From: Octopus sinensis
Lineage: Eukaryota
Direction of reading: 5' to 3'
Assembly: GCF_006345805.1 (NCBI RefSeq)
Contig: NW_021832865.1
Location: 1 to 64,000 of the forward strand
DNA: 64,000 bases
The notes under the pieces are model-generated. The model saw only the letters and a list, made by a program, of their open reading frames with translations, searched no databases and was not told the origin of the DNA. The position numbers and the translations under genes were made by a program. The first letter of the stretch is position 1; every line of letters starts with the position of its first letter. This document shows positions 62,480 through 64,000 of this stretch, in pieces.

Positions 62480-64000
62480 GTCTTTTAGCAGGGATGCAGT
62501 CAGTAAGGTGAGGGTGGACAATGAGTATAGCGATTAATCTAAGGTACAGGTAGAGGTTCACTAAGGATTGGTCCTCAGTCCCCTCTTGTTTATCATAGTC
62601 CACTAGACAATAACAGGGCAATTTAAGATATGCTGCCCCTGGGAGCTCCTCTATGCTGATGAACTTGTTCTCATAGTTGAATCACTTCCAGAACTAAAAA
62701 AGAAATTTCAGGTGTGGAAGCAAGGTTTAGAATCAAAGGGCCTTAGAGTTAACCTGGCAAAGACCAAAGTTTTAGTAAGTAGGAAGGCAGACAAATTACA
62801 AACCCCTTTGGGTAGATGGCCCTGCTTGTTCTGTTGAAAATGCATTGGCAGAAGCTCCATGTGATGTATCTAGTGCAAGCGATGGATACATAAGAGGTAC
62901 AGCAATATCAGAGGAAGGTTAACTGGGAAAATAGTTTTGTGTTTGGAAGGGGCACAGGTACAATAAATACTAAAAATGTACAGAAAATAGATTCCATTAA
63001 TTGCTAGTGGGGTAAGCTAGATAGCTTCTGTTATGTAGGTGACCAAGTCAGTAGCAAATTGGATGCTCTGAGAGTGTAGCTCTGAGAATAAGATTAGGTT
63101 AGGTGAAAGTTCAGAAAGCTCCTAACTCTGCTGGCAACAAAAGGCCTCTCCTTCAGAGTGAAAGGCAGATTGTAGGATGCCTGTGGGCAAACAGCCATGT
63201 TCCATGACAGAGAAATGTGGGCTGTGATCATAGAGGACATGTGAAAGATATGAAGCTAGAAGATAGAAATAATTACAGAGGTAACAAATTGTTGGTTCAG
63301 GTGATGAAGGTTACAGAGAGAGTCATAACCCAACTAATTAGGGAGAAACTTAGTCTAGATGAGATGCAGTTTGGGTTTGTGCCAGGGAGAAGCACCACTG
63401 GTGCTATGTTTCTGGTAAGGTAACTGTAGGAGAAATGCCAAGCCAAATCTTGTCTTTTGTTGACTTTTGACAGCGTCCGCTCATCCCATATCTGGTGGTC
63501 AATGTGGAAACTAGGGATAGACGAGTGGTTGGTGAGATCTGTACAACCCTTGTACAGGAACGCTACCAGTAAGGTGAGGGTGGGCAACAGGTATAGTGAA
63601 GAATTTGGAGTACAAGTAGGGATTCAGCAAGGAATGGGTGCTCAACCCCCTTTTGTTCATCATAGTTCTCCAGGCAATAACAGAGGAATTCAAGACAAGC
63701 TGCCCCTGGGAGCTCCTATACCCTGATGACCTTGTTCTTATAGCTGAATCACTACCTGAGCTAGAGAAGTTCAAGGTATGGAAACAAGATCTAGAATCAA
63801 AAGGCCTTAGAGTTAACCTAGCAAAAACCAAAGTCATTGTAAGTAGGAAGGCAGACAGATCACAAATCCTCTCAGGCAGATGGCCCTGCTCAGTCTGTAG
63901 AAAAGGTGTAGGTAGAAACTCCATAAGCTGCACCCATTGTAATCTTTGGACACAAAGGAAGGTTAACAGAGAAATTAACTTTTGTATGTGGAAGGTGCAC
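62480..64000 (+). mobile_element. Two consecutive degraded RTE fragments covering the same RT region
   Basis: About 62480-63240 runs from the RT C-terminus to the thumb. At about 63262 the sequence restarts at NNYRG-KLL-QVMKVTERVI and runs through LYADD again. Many stops. Confidence 0.8.

Overview
Eukaryotic, repeat-rich animal DNA. Its SINE and LINE-tail families are most consistent with an octopus (cephalopod) genome; this is pattern recognition, not a database result. One host gene is supportable: the 5' part of a PARP14-like (macro-PARP) gene on the + strand. It has six coding exons between 14.4 and 61.7 kb (three RRM-like repeats, a long KH-like exon, first macrodomain; about 872 codons after repairing four 1-nt deletions) and continues beyond the window. 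The introns are packed with transposable elements: RTE-clade LINEs (one near full-length copy broken only by two 1-nt deletions), Helitrons, Penelope-like remnants, piggyBac, hAT, CR1, CRE-like and R4/Dong-like fragments, SINEs and two tandem arrays. Most notable: (1) a tRNA-Glu/RTE chimeric retrocopy that splits an older SINE; (2) a core-intact hammerhead ribozyme next to a Penelope endonuclease remnant, plus degenerate hammerheads, one inside a 452-bp palindrome; (3) a Helitron whose 23-aa STPR-type repeat has expanded to 40 near-identical 69-bp units; (4) recurrent -1 deletions in short base runs, suggesting assembly errors rather than true pseudogenisation. I found no wholly new multi-gene system and no CRISPR array.
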